Assembly (NCBI RefSeq): GCF_006345805.1
Contig: NC_042999.1
Location: forward strand, 42,718,001 to 42,782,000
Source of the DNA: Octopus sinensis
Taxonomy: Eukaryota
Reading direction: 5' to 3'
DNA: 64,000 nt
The notes beneath the pieces were generated by a model that was not told the DNA's origin, did no database searches, and saw only the letters and a program-made list of their open reading frames with translations. Position numbers and translations under genes: made by a program. This document shows positions 53,884 to 64,000 of this stretch, piece after piece (position 1 is the stretch's first letter; every line of letters starts with the position of its first letter).

Positions 53884-54231
53884 GTGTGTGTGTGTGGTAC
53901 TGTGTGGGTGAGTGTGCGTGCGCATGTTTGTGTTCCTTTATCTTGATGTCACGTGATTGTTGCAGACGAATGTCATTCATTTCCAATATTCTGCAAAAGC
54001 TTGTCTAGTCATGGGAAGATATTAGGTTACTTTGGAAGAGGCAAGGGTTGGTGACAGGATAGGCATTCGGACATAGAAAATCTGCCTCTATCAACTTCGT
54101 TCGACCCGTACAAGCACGGATAAGCGAACGTTAAAACGATGATGATGATGATAATGACGGTGATGAAATATATGTACGTCTATAAGTATATATGTATATG
54201 AGTGTGTATTTATACACGCACACAAACCTAA

Positions 54232-54603
54232 TCTCTCTCTATATAAACGGCAGTTTGTCTGTGTGTCTGTTTGTTGTACCCTCACTCTGACCACGGCTTT
54301 CAACCGATTCTGATGAAACTTGACACACACACAGCCCAATGTTATAATTCAAAACTAACGCAGCGAAAATTTTGAAAAGTTCCCCCAGTTCTGAAAAGAA
54401 CGATAAATTCGACATGGGGTCGACAATCAGAAACACAAACCACAGATGGTCTAGGGGACGCAACTCGACCTTTTTAACTATCAAAAAAAAATTTACCATC
54501 ATTTTTTTCCCCATTTTTTTTCTATTTTTTGGCTATAACTCTCTAAAAATGCTTTATAGTTATTTCCCTTACAAACCCGAGCAACGCCGGGCGATACTGC
54601 TAG
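54232..54603 (+). mobile_element. Non-autonomous Helitron, copy 2 (within an about 797-bp tandem duplication)
   Basis: Nearly identical to copy 1, flanks included. Confidence 0.85.
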
Positions 54604-54638
54604 TTATACATATGTGTATGCATGCATATATGTCTATG

Positions 54639-54679
<41 letters not shown>

Positions 54680-55141
54680 TCTTTTACTCTTTTACTTGTT
54701 TCAGTGATATGACTGCGGCCATGCTGGAGCACCGCCTTTAATCGAGCAACTCGACCCCGGGACTTAATCTTTTGTAAGCCCAGTGCTTATTCTATCGGTC
54801 TCTTTTGCCGAACCACTAAGTAACGGGGACATAAACACACCAGCATCGGTTGTCAAGCAATGCTAGGGGGACAAACACACACACGCATATATATATACAT
54901 ATATACGGACTTCTTTCAGTTTCCGTCTACCAAATCCACTCACAAGGCTTCGGTCGGCCCGAGGCTATAGTAGAAGACACTTGCCCAAGGTGCCACGCAG
55001 TGGAACTGAACCCGGAACCGTGTGGTTGGTAAACAAGCTACTTACCACACAGCCACTCCTGCGCCTATACATATATATACATATACATATATATATATAT
55101 ATGTATATGTATATGTGTATGTATGTATGTATGTATGTATG

Positions 55142-55173
<32 letters not shown>

Positions 55174-55489
55174 AGAAGAATACCAGACAGTAATTTTTTT
55201 TCTTTTTACAATTTTATATTATTGATATTCCATAATAAATTGTATACAGTTAAAACGATATTTTGGTTTGAAAAATACTGCAATGGCTGGGAGACATATT
55301 TAGCGGCAGAATCATATTATAAGGACATCTAAAGGTTTCGTTATGATTCAATTTCGTTTGCTATTATTCTTTTAAACTTTGAAAAGGGCATTTTTTCATG
55401 CAGAAATATTGCTTTCAATGAATACGATTTATTACAGTAGATCAATAATACCAGCGCTAACACTCTAACTTAATGGTAGCGTTTCGGCT

Positions 55490-55495
55490 GCTTTA

Positions 55496-55565
<70 letters not shown>

Positions 55566-55582
55566 CCTACCTACCTACCTAC

Positions 55583-55633
<51 letters not shown>

Positions 55634-56259
55634 CACACACAAACACACACAAACACACACAAACACACACACACACATACACACACACACACTCGCATAT
55701 ACATACAGAGAGAGAGAGACAGACAGAGACAGAGATAAAAAGATAGATATTGATATACGTACATATATATTTATTTACTGTTGCTCTCTTTCTCTCTCAT
55801 TCTCTATCTCTATTTCTTTCTCTGTATATATATATATATATATAATATATATATATATTATATATATATATATATATATACACACACATTTATATATGGA
55901 TATACACACACATACATACTTACATATAAATAAATAAATATATATATATATACACATATATATGTGTGTGTAGATATATACTTACACCACACACACACAT
56001 CTGCATGTATATATGTATGCATATATATATATACATATATACATAAATGTGTGTGTCTATGGGTGTATACATATACATAAATACATAATGTAGTGTTTAT
56101 TTTATGTATTTCTGTGTATGTATGTGTGTGTGTATGTGTGTGTGAGTATATACAGGTAATTACATATATATGTGTGTGTGCGTATGTATGTGTATATGTA
56201 TCTACGTACGTGCGTAGTATGCATGCATGCATGCATGTATGTATGAATGTATGTATATA

Positions 56260-56310
<51 letters not shown>
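55490..56310. repeat. Compound (ATCT)n/(AC)n/(TA)n/(GA)n microsatellites
   Basis: Directly visible. Confidence 0.95.
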
Positions 56311-57317
56311 GCACACACGGATGTTCTTTTACTGCAGATATATTCTCTTTATGAAAAGACAAAGAAATATCGATCATTGACATTATTATCATTTCCTCCT
56401 CCTCCTCCTCCTCCTTCTTCTTCTTCTTCTTCTTCGCTGGTTTAGCGATTTCAGAAAACGTACCTCTTTGACGAAGAAAGCAACTATATTTTTAACATCT
56501 GCATCAGTGTGAAATTACATTTTCTTTGAACTTATTCCTAATACAAAAGAACATACATAAGCGAATACTTGTAGTTATCCAAGTTATTGTAATTGCAGCC
56601 GATTTAAAGAGCAAGCTTTGTTTTAAAATATTAAAAGAAACTTTTCATATACTTTTTTAGCTATTTTCCAATATATTGGCTGTTTTTGCAAGTGGACAGC
56701 AACCTTTGAATGATATGATATCAAAACAGCGCCTGAACGTCCCATGGCTGTTGTATGACCCTGTTGGAATTTAGTAACGTCTCACTGTCTTATTATTTAT
56801 TTTTTTTTTTGGCTTTATCAGAGCAAATATTCTACCGTTTGAGCACTTGTTAATACATCTGCTGATGTGAATGTATGGTAAGAAGTTTGGTTCCCAATCA
56901 TATGATTTGGGGTTCAGTCCCACTGCGTGGTACCTTGGATAAGTGTCTTCTACTATAGCCCCGGGTCGACCAAGGTCTTGTGAGTGGATTTGATAAATGG
57001 AAAGTGAGAGAAGCCTGTCATATCTGCATTTACGTATGTGTCTATATATGTGTATGTACGAATGTATAACTGCCTCCTTATGTCGATATCATGTGATAAT
57101 TGTAAACAAGTGCGACCGTTATGTAAACGGTGTCCTTCATTTCCAATCTTTCGTGAAAACTTGTCTTGCAATGGAAAAATATTGTTCTACTTGGAAACAG
57201 GTGGGGGTGATGATAGGAAGAACATTCCAGCCGTAGAAAATCTGCCACAATAAAATTCCATGCAGCACATGCGAGTATGAAAAAAAATAGATACTACGAC
57301 GACGACGACCACGATGT

Positions 57318-57349
<32 letters not shown>

Positions 57350-57439
57350 AAACAAGCTTTATTGAATTGTAGCACTGCCCATTGATGAGTGATTAAATGT
57401 CTCAATTATGAGTAGGCAGTAATGAACGATCTATCTATT

Positions 57440-57880
57440 TTACCAGTTTCATCTTGCTCAACTAAGGTTTGGAAGCTTCTATCCTCAGGAACTTCTATAA
57501 GCAGAATACCCATCATCACTTGTCTGAGTTGACAATTTGTCTTGAAAATCATTTGTTGAATTTGTTGCTTTCTTTATGCAAGGTGAGTTACCGTTGAGGG
57601 TATCACAGAGGACTATGAACCATTCTGGAGATTAACAATATTGAACAGCTCTTTGTCCCTGCCATAGATGTCATAGAACATCGCATAAAGTTTTAGAATC
57701 AAGTCAAACTTTGTACCTAGGGAGATAGTGTTACTATTACGAATTTGTCTCGTTATGTCATCAACGTCATTGCAGAAACTAGAACTCTTCACTGAGGAAG
57801 GGACAAAATGGTTGGATTGAACCATGTGGCAGATTTGCCATTGTACCTTAAATGTTCACATAAATTCCTCTTTTCTGATG
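57440..57880 (-). mobile_element. Probable highly decayed CR1/L2-type LINE RT fragment
   Basis: Across frameshifts: YNGKSATWF..PQ*RVL (VPQGSVL-like), ..LKLYA.DV (YADD-like), ..EW..LN (L..W..LN..K-like). Confidence 0.4.
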
Positions 57881-58503
57881 ATGCTTGCTCCAAAGGACTT
57901 AGATTATTAATTCAAATGTTGAAACCAAAGCAAAATCAGATTTATATCATAACACATATGGCACTTCAAAATCTATCCTAAAATAAAATGGGTCATCATC
58001 ATAACAACAGAGCCTTACAACAGGCGTAGCAGAAGCTTAAAATACTATATCATTGTATTGAATAAGAGAAACGCAACCTTCTCTACAAGTTTACACAATA
58101 GAAAATTCATTCATGCAGCCTTTAAACATATTCTTACGCTAGACACATTTGAACTGGTAACAGAAAATTAAAAGTTTAAATCCAGTTTTTGGAAACTAGT
58201 AGGGTATCATGTACCTTACAGACAACAAAATAAATGTCTTAATAGTTATTCCACCGCAAAATAATCAGAAATATAATGTGCAGTGATTCACCTCCTTTAG
58301 TGCAGAACTTTCCCGTTGCACATAACAAATTAAATGAACTGGATTAATCAATGAAATGACTGTATTGTAGTACTAATGTCAATATTTTCACATTTTCATT
58401 TTCTTAAACAAAAACATCGTTAATACAGTTCTATATTTAAGAGATGAGGAATTATGTACATTATTTACAATTGACGGTTATTTGTAGTCATCTTGTTTTT
58501 GTT

Positions 58504-58549
58504 AACACAACGTTTCGGCTGATATACCATCCAGCCTTCGTCAGGTGTC
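58504..58549 (-). ncRNA. Putative minimal type I hammerhead ribozyme (family B)
   Basis: GACAC-CUGACGA-A-GGCUG(GAUGGUAUAU)CAGCC-GAAAC-GUU/GUGUU. Canonical core, 5-bp stems I and II, palindromic AACGUU stem III. Confidence 0.7.
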
Positions 58550-58969
58550 TTGGGGAAATTTCGAACCTTAGGTATTCCTAAGGTATACCTTAGGAATACC
58601 TCATTCCTAAGGTATTCTTTGATGTTATTATTATTATTATTATTATCATTCAGGTCACTGCCTGGAATCGAACTCGGAATCTTGGTGTTAGTAGCCCGCG
58701 CTCTTAACCACTACGCCATCAAAAACATAGCTAGTTTTTGGAGTTTCTCTATATGTCTCCATTGAAGTCTAATGTCGGCTCTGTACCGATTAGATAATAC
58801 AGTTCTATATTTAAGAGATGAGGAATTATGTACATTATTTACATTATTTACAATTGACGGATATTTGTCCTTCTCTTGTTTGTTATTAACACAACGTTTC
58901 GGTTCGCGCTCTTAACCTCTACGCCATATTGTGGTTACGTAGTGGAACCCAGGTTCGAAATTTCCCTAA

Positions 58970-59015
58970 GACATCTGACGAAGGCTGGAGGGTATATCAG
59001 CCGAAACGTTGTGTT
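58970..59015 (+). ncRNA. Putative minimal type I hammerhead ribozyme (family B)
   Basis: GACAU-CUGACGA-A-GGCUG(GAGGGUAUAU)CAGCC-GAAAC-GUU/GUGUU. The C-to-U change in stem I is retained as a U-G pair. Confidence 0.65.
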
Positions 59016-59179
59016 AACAACAAACAAGATGAGGACACATATCCGTCAATTGCGAATAATATAAATCAAAAACATCGTTAGCTGACGATATGTGTATCAC
59101 GTGAAACTTCGAATATTAGCTCTGAAGATACCAGCGATGTACAATAAACACAAACATATGCACTTTCAAACGAAACCAC

Positions 59180-59400
59180 CACGCTGGTTAGGCGGGCAGA
59201 CCTATAGCGTATAAGTCACCGAGATCTCAACATCCCAGCAAAAAGGAGCGCCAGCGTGTCGTCCGTCCAATTTACTCATTCACAGCTGAGTGAACTGGAA
59301 CATGTTTTGCTCAACAACGCAACGCACCGCCCGAGAATCGAAACCGAGTTCTTGCGATCGTCGGTGCAATACCCTAACCGCTAGGCCACGCACATTCACA
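59180..59400 (-). mobile_element. tRNA-derived SINE, head H1 + a fourth tail
   Basis: Head shared with 2370, 21715 and 37640. CpG-rich. Confidence 0.65.
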
Positions 59401-59899
59401 TATAGCCACTCTATATCCAGAAATAATCCAGAATCGGAAGACACTGGCGAGGGTTTACTTCCGGATATATTTCATTTGAAACTTTCAGACTTCTTTCTTT
59501 TCTTTCTCAATAAAACGCCTGAGACAAAAACACCGGACATATTTCTTTCTTCATGCTAACTAAATTTATTTTAGCAACCGCGCTGCCTCTGGAATTAATC
59601 ATCTTGTGGTGTAGATTTGGCAAGAACAAGTAGCGTGTAAGAAAAATTACGTTCCATGTTATAGATCGTTTAGATTTCTAAATTTTTGTATGTTCACTTG
59701 CTGTTGCATAATCTTCAACATTATGTGTACGTGTATACGAATGAATGCACACACACACACAAGCACACACACACGCATATATATACATATATCTGTGCAT
59801 ATATGCATATGTGCATATGTATATATAAATTAAATATATGGATATTCATCTATATGTGAATATATATATACATACACATATATAAGTGTGTGTACGTGT

Positions 59900-59946
<47 letters not shown>

Positions 59947-60119
59947 TGTGTGTGTTTGTGCGCGTGCGTGCGTGTACAGAGAAAGAGAGAAGTGGGGAGG
60001 AAACAGCTGAGTCGGATAGGAAACATAGCTCAAGGAAAGTAGACATATAGTCTGCATTTATTTCATCTATTTTACGCTGACAAATTCAATATCCAAAATA
60101 TTGAACCAATCAATATACA

Positions 60120-60248
<129 letters not shown>

Positions 60249-60619
60249 TGTATGTATGATGTATGTAGGTATGTATGTATGTTTGTATGTGTGTATGTAT
60301 ATGTATACATATCCACTTCAAGTCCACTAATTACATTGGTGCTCACACAAATTTTATTTATCAGCTGGAGAAATAATATCTAACCACGAATATTTCCCAA
60401 TTTCTTGGAAAGCTGACATAATCTAAAACTGCCGAAAGCTTGTGCAAGCAAGCATTAAGTAGGAAAACTGATGAACACAGCCTTAATTATTTGGAGTTCT
60501 TATTTCGATATGTTCAGCCAGCCGATGAAGGCCTCAGATCGAAACTAACCTCGTAGTTATCACTTTACTAACGGTCAGACTCTAACGGTCAGACTCAGGA
60601 TTTACTAACAGTCAGACTC

Positions 60620-61075
60620 AGGCCCATTTTTACTGCGTTTTCCGAGAATTCCCACTTCTGTCTGTCTAGGGGCAGAGAAAGGGCCCAAACAAGGCGGAAG
60701 TTATAGAGAATTTCAGGCCCAATGGATAGTTGAAGATTTTCTCGAAGGAGTTAGCCAGGAGGTTGGCGCTTGTCGTAGACAAGCTGATGGCGATGTGCAA
60801 ACATGCACCATACCAACCAGGATGGGCAGGGCTTTGATCAGTTTAGATCAGTTTAAAGCCTTCGATAGGGTCAACTATCAATACTTGGCAGCTGTTCTCA
60901 CGGCAGCCGATTTCGATCCGGTTTTCCGCGGTTGGATCGCTGCTTTGTACGGCGGCATCTGCTAGGTTGTTCGGGTGAATGGTTACCTGTCAGAACCATT
61001 CAGCATATTGCGTTCCTCCCTTCTGTATTTACTGACTCTTGAGCCACTGCTGCGGAAGCTGGAGGCATTGAGGGG
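60620..61075 (+). mobile_element. Tx1/L1-clade LINE RT fragment
   Basis: LISLDQFKAFDRVNYQYL..WIAALY..VRVNGYLSEPFSI..LLYLLTLEPLLRKL. Confidence 0.75.
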
Positions 61076-61766
61076 TGTTAAGGACTATGTGAAGTGCAGA
61101 ATCGACAACAATACCGAGAGCGACAAATGCAGAATGTGTGGTGAGAGGGGTGAAATGGTGTGGCACATCGTTAGCGAATGCCCGAAATTGGCACAATGTG
61201 AGTACAAAATACGATATGGCAATGTGGCAGAAATGATCCACTGAGAGCTCTGTGGAAACCACGGCCTACAAAGAGCAAAGACGTGGTATGAGTAAGCCCC
61301 AGAAGGAGGTGCCTCTGGGATGCATTGATTCAGTGCGATCAGCTAACCAGTATCGCAAACCGGAGACTGTTGTGGTAAATATAAAAAAAAGAATTTGCAT
61401 GATTATCTATATAAAATGTCCGGGTGATATCAGGATCAAAGAGAAAGAAGAAGAAAAACTGAACAACTACGACGATTTGAAGTGGGAAATACAAAGCTTT
61501 TGGTCATTGAGAAGAGTAGACGTGATACCAATAGTAAGCGTCGCATTTGGAAGTATCAGAATTCAGCTACCAACATGGCTCAAACAGATTGGTACAAATG
61601 TAAAGATAGAACACCTACATAAATCAGCATTGCTTAGAACTACAAGAATTCTTCACAAGGTTCTTGAAGTATGACCAGTAAACAAGCGTCACCTTAGTTT
61701 GCTGGCTGTGGACAACATAGACTTCCCATCATACCCAGTAAAATAAGCTGAGAGTTTTCATCAAAT
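61076..61766 (+). mobile_element. R4/Dong-clade LINE 3' end followed by (TAA)n
   Basis: CCHC finger CRMCGERGEMVWHIVSEC, RLE domain (RKPETVV..KLNNYDDLK..IPIV), then directly the (TAA)n array at 61767-61975. Confidence 0.85.
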
Positions 61767-61861
61767 AATAATAATAATAATATGATAATAATAATAATAA
61801 TAAAATAATAATAATAATAATAAAATAATAATATAATAATATAATAATAATAATAATAATA

Positions 61862-61896
<35 letters not shown>

Positions 61897-62334
61897 TAAT
61901 AATGAATAATAATAATATAATAATAATAATAATATAATAATAATAATAATAAATAATAATAATATAATAATAATAAGTGGGAGAGCATCATAGCCATGTG
62001 TTGAGAGGGATTCTTTGGGGTTTGAATAATTCACCTCTGGAAACATAGGTGTTTCGTTCAGCATCCTTAAACAACCCTTATTCAGGGACCTTTTGAGCGC
62101 GATGGGTTACTCGACCAGAAGAAAAGTCTAACTGGGCCCCACCTGCAAGGTCATGTGCTGTTTATCTTGACATTAGATCACCATGTCGCACACATATGGT
62201 TGTGATGCATGTGCCTGCTGTAACTCTTATCAGACAGGTAGTCATGATGGGTATACTGGGCTTCGTAAATTTTACCCCAGTGTCACTTTGATGGCATGAA
62301 CTGCTCTCTCACTCAATGATAATAATAATAATAA

Positions 62335-62672
62335 TTGATGTATCAATACCAACAGATGACAATGTTTCCCTAAAATAAATAGGGAAGCTTTCAAAATACA
62401 AAGATCTGGAAATAGAGGGAACTCGAATGTGAAGTCTAAAAACAGAAACAATTCCTATCATTAGGTATGATAAAAAAATATTCAGACAAATACATAACAA
62501 AACCACCAGGACTTACAAGCATATATAACATACAAAAAGTAGCACTACTAGGCACCGCACACACTTTCAATACAGTAAATATGAGAGCATCACAGCAAAC
62601 CACAGCACATACCCAAGGCACACAGCGCTGCGCTCGGTAGTGCAGTGAAAGCACGTGATAAAAATAATACTA
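62335..62672 (+). mobile_element. Second R4/Dong-like 3' fragment followed by (TAA)n
   Basis: IDVSIPTDDNVSLK..KLSKYKDLEIE..KTETIPII. The (TAA)n array follows at about 62675-62760. Confidence 0.75.
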
Positions 62673-62743
<71 letters not shown>

Positions 62744-63488
62744 CAACAATAATAATAATTTTATGAAATCATTGGGTCGTAACACGTAATAGCTGTTTCA
62801 GAGTATACATACATCATATCTCTTTTTGTTTTTATAAGTATTTTTTATCTAGTTCTTCGTACAGTGTTTTCGTCATAACCGGAGCATCAGCTGAAATTAT
62901 CATTAACATTATTAGTTCTGATGCACTGCAAAAAGGACATATTTTGAGTTCGTTTGCATTATATTTCTGGCAAATAAATTATTTAAATTCTCTTCAGTAT
63001 TCCCCCTCAATAAGGCGGCGAGTTGGTTGAATTGTTAGCACATCAGACATTTCTCCGGGCTCTTCACGTTCTGAGTTCGAATTCCGTTGAGGGTGATTTT
63101 GCCTTTCATCTATTCGAGGTTGATAAAAAAAAAAACAAGTACCAATCAGGAACTGGAGTTCATGTAATCGAGTAACCTCTGCCTCTAAAATTACTAACAT
63201 TGTTCCAAAAATTACGAAATCTATTCTCTCTCATTAGAGAGAGAATAGATTTTTGAATAGAAATAACAGGACTTATTTATGTTTTTCAGAATATGAAAAA
63301 AAAAAAATGGAGAATTTTAAATAAGGCGGTGCTCCAGCATGGCCGCAGTCAAATGACTGAAACAAGTTAAAGAGTTAAAGAGTATAGATGTTGACGCTTT
63401 CATCCTAACCTTTTACGAACCAGTCAGTGAGTTTCTATATGAAAGCTTGATTTCCTAAAATTAGTAGTCAAATTACTCTCAACCTACA

Positions 63489-63739
63489 GGATCTTTACCT
63501 TTTGATCTACAGATTTAAAAAATAATTTTTTGTAACTAAACACTCTCAAACTTCGCATTCTGGTAGAATGTGTCATATAAAACACCTTTTACTCTTAGCG
63601 TTTTTGAGAAAAGTTTATGTTTATAAACGCTAAGAGTAAAAGGTGTTTTATATGACACATTCTACCAGTATGCGAAGTTTGAAAGTGTTTAGTTACAAAA
63701 GATTATTTTTTAAATCTGTAGGTCAAAAGGTAAACATCC
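63489..63739. mobile_element. Foldback MITE with about 115-bp inverted arms and an 8-bp TSD
   Basis: Arms 63489-63603 and about 63625-63739 are near-perfect reverse complements. AACCTACA at 63481-63488 and 63740-63747. Confidence 0.85.
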
Positions 63740-64000
63740 AACCTACAAGCATACGGTCATTGAAAGAAAGAAAGAAAGAAATGAGCTGTTAGGTAATGTA
63801 ATCGATGTTGCACTACAGAAGTAGAAATGCCTTAAAATGTTTACTGCTAGAACATAGTTTATCTCAGCTTTTTGTGATCAGAGCTAACAATCTAGGGTTC
63901 AGCAACAAAATCAATTGACGAAAAAGTGAGAACAGTTTTGTTTGGATAAGAGGATATATAAAAAATATTTAATGCAATTGTAAAAAAAAAAATGAAGATA

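Larger units (their letters stand above)
58424..59065. mobile_element. Cluster of three family B tRNA-head/hammerhead elements (two minus, one plus)
   Basis: Full minus copy 58424-58720 with tRNA-like head. Internally deleted minus copy about 58795-58928. Headless plus copy about 58946-59065. Confidence 0.8.

Noticed and set aside
57487-57860. Two-exon model on minus (VQWQICHM..ISL / EWFIVLCDTL..*)
   Set aside because: The supposed intron is itself coding-like, and RT-like motifs run through it. A decayed LINE explains it better.
58655-58720. tRNA gene
   Set aside because: It has A/B boxes but no complete cloverleaf or acceptor stem. It is a SINE head, as are the other tRNA-like heads.
60515-60550. 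'ccgatgaaggcctcagatcgaaac' hammerhead-like string
   Set aside because: The core starts CCGA, there is no stem II pairing, and there is no NUH/stem I match.

Overview
AT-rich, repeat-dense eukaryotic DNA. The SINE families, (TA)n/(TAGA)n/(TAA)n microsatellites and mariner/RTE content look like an octopus (cephalopod) genome; the species cannot be fixed from sequence alone. One host gene is supportable: the first three coding exons of a kinesin-9 family KIF6 orthologue on the minus strand (28295-28236, 17615-17503, 14764-14690). The exons have canonical splice sites and matching phases, and none appears in the supplied ORF track. Intron 3 runs off the left edge. Nearly all listed ORFs are microsatellite read-through or decayed transposon fragments. 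The rest of the window is Tc1/mariner elements, piggyBac-, pogo- and foldback-type MITEs, non-autonomous Helitrons, RTE, R4/Dong, Tx1 and Penelope-like LINE remnants, and modular tRNA-derived SINEs. The most interesting signal is four unrelated short repeat families that each fold by eye into a minimal type I hammerhead ribozyme with different, compensating stem sequences. One of them sits behind a tRNA-derived Pol III head, a candidate 'ribozyme SINE' mobilised by Penelope-like elements. All structures and motifs were read by eye; no searches or folding were run.
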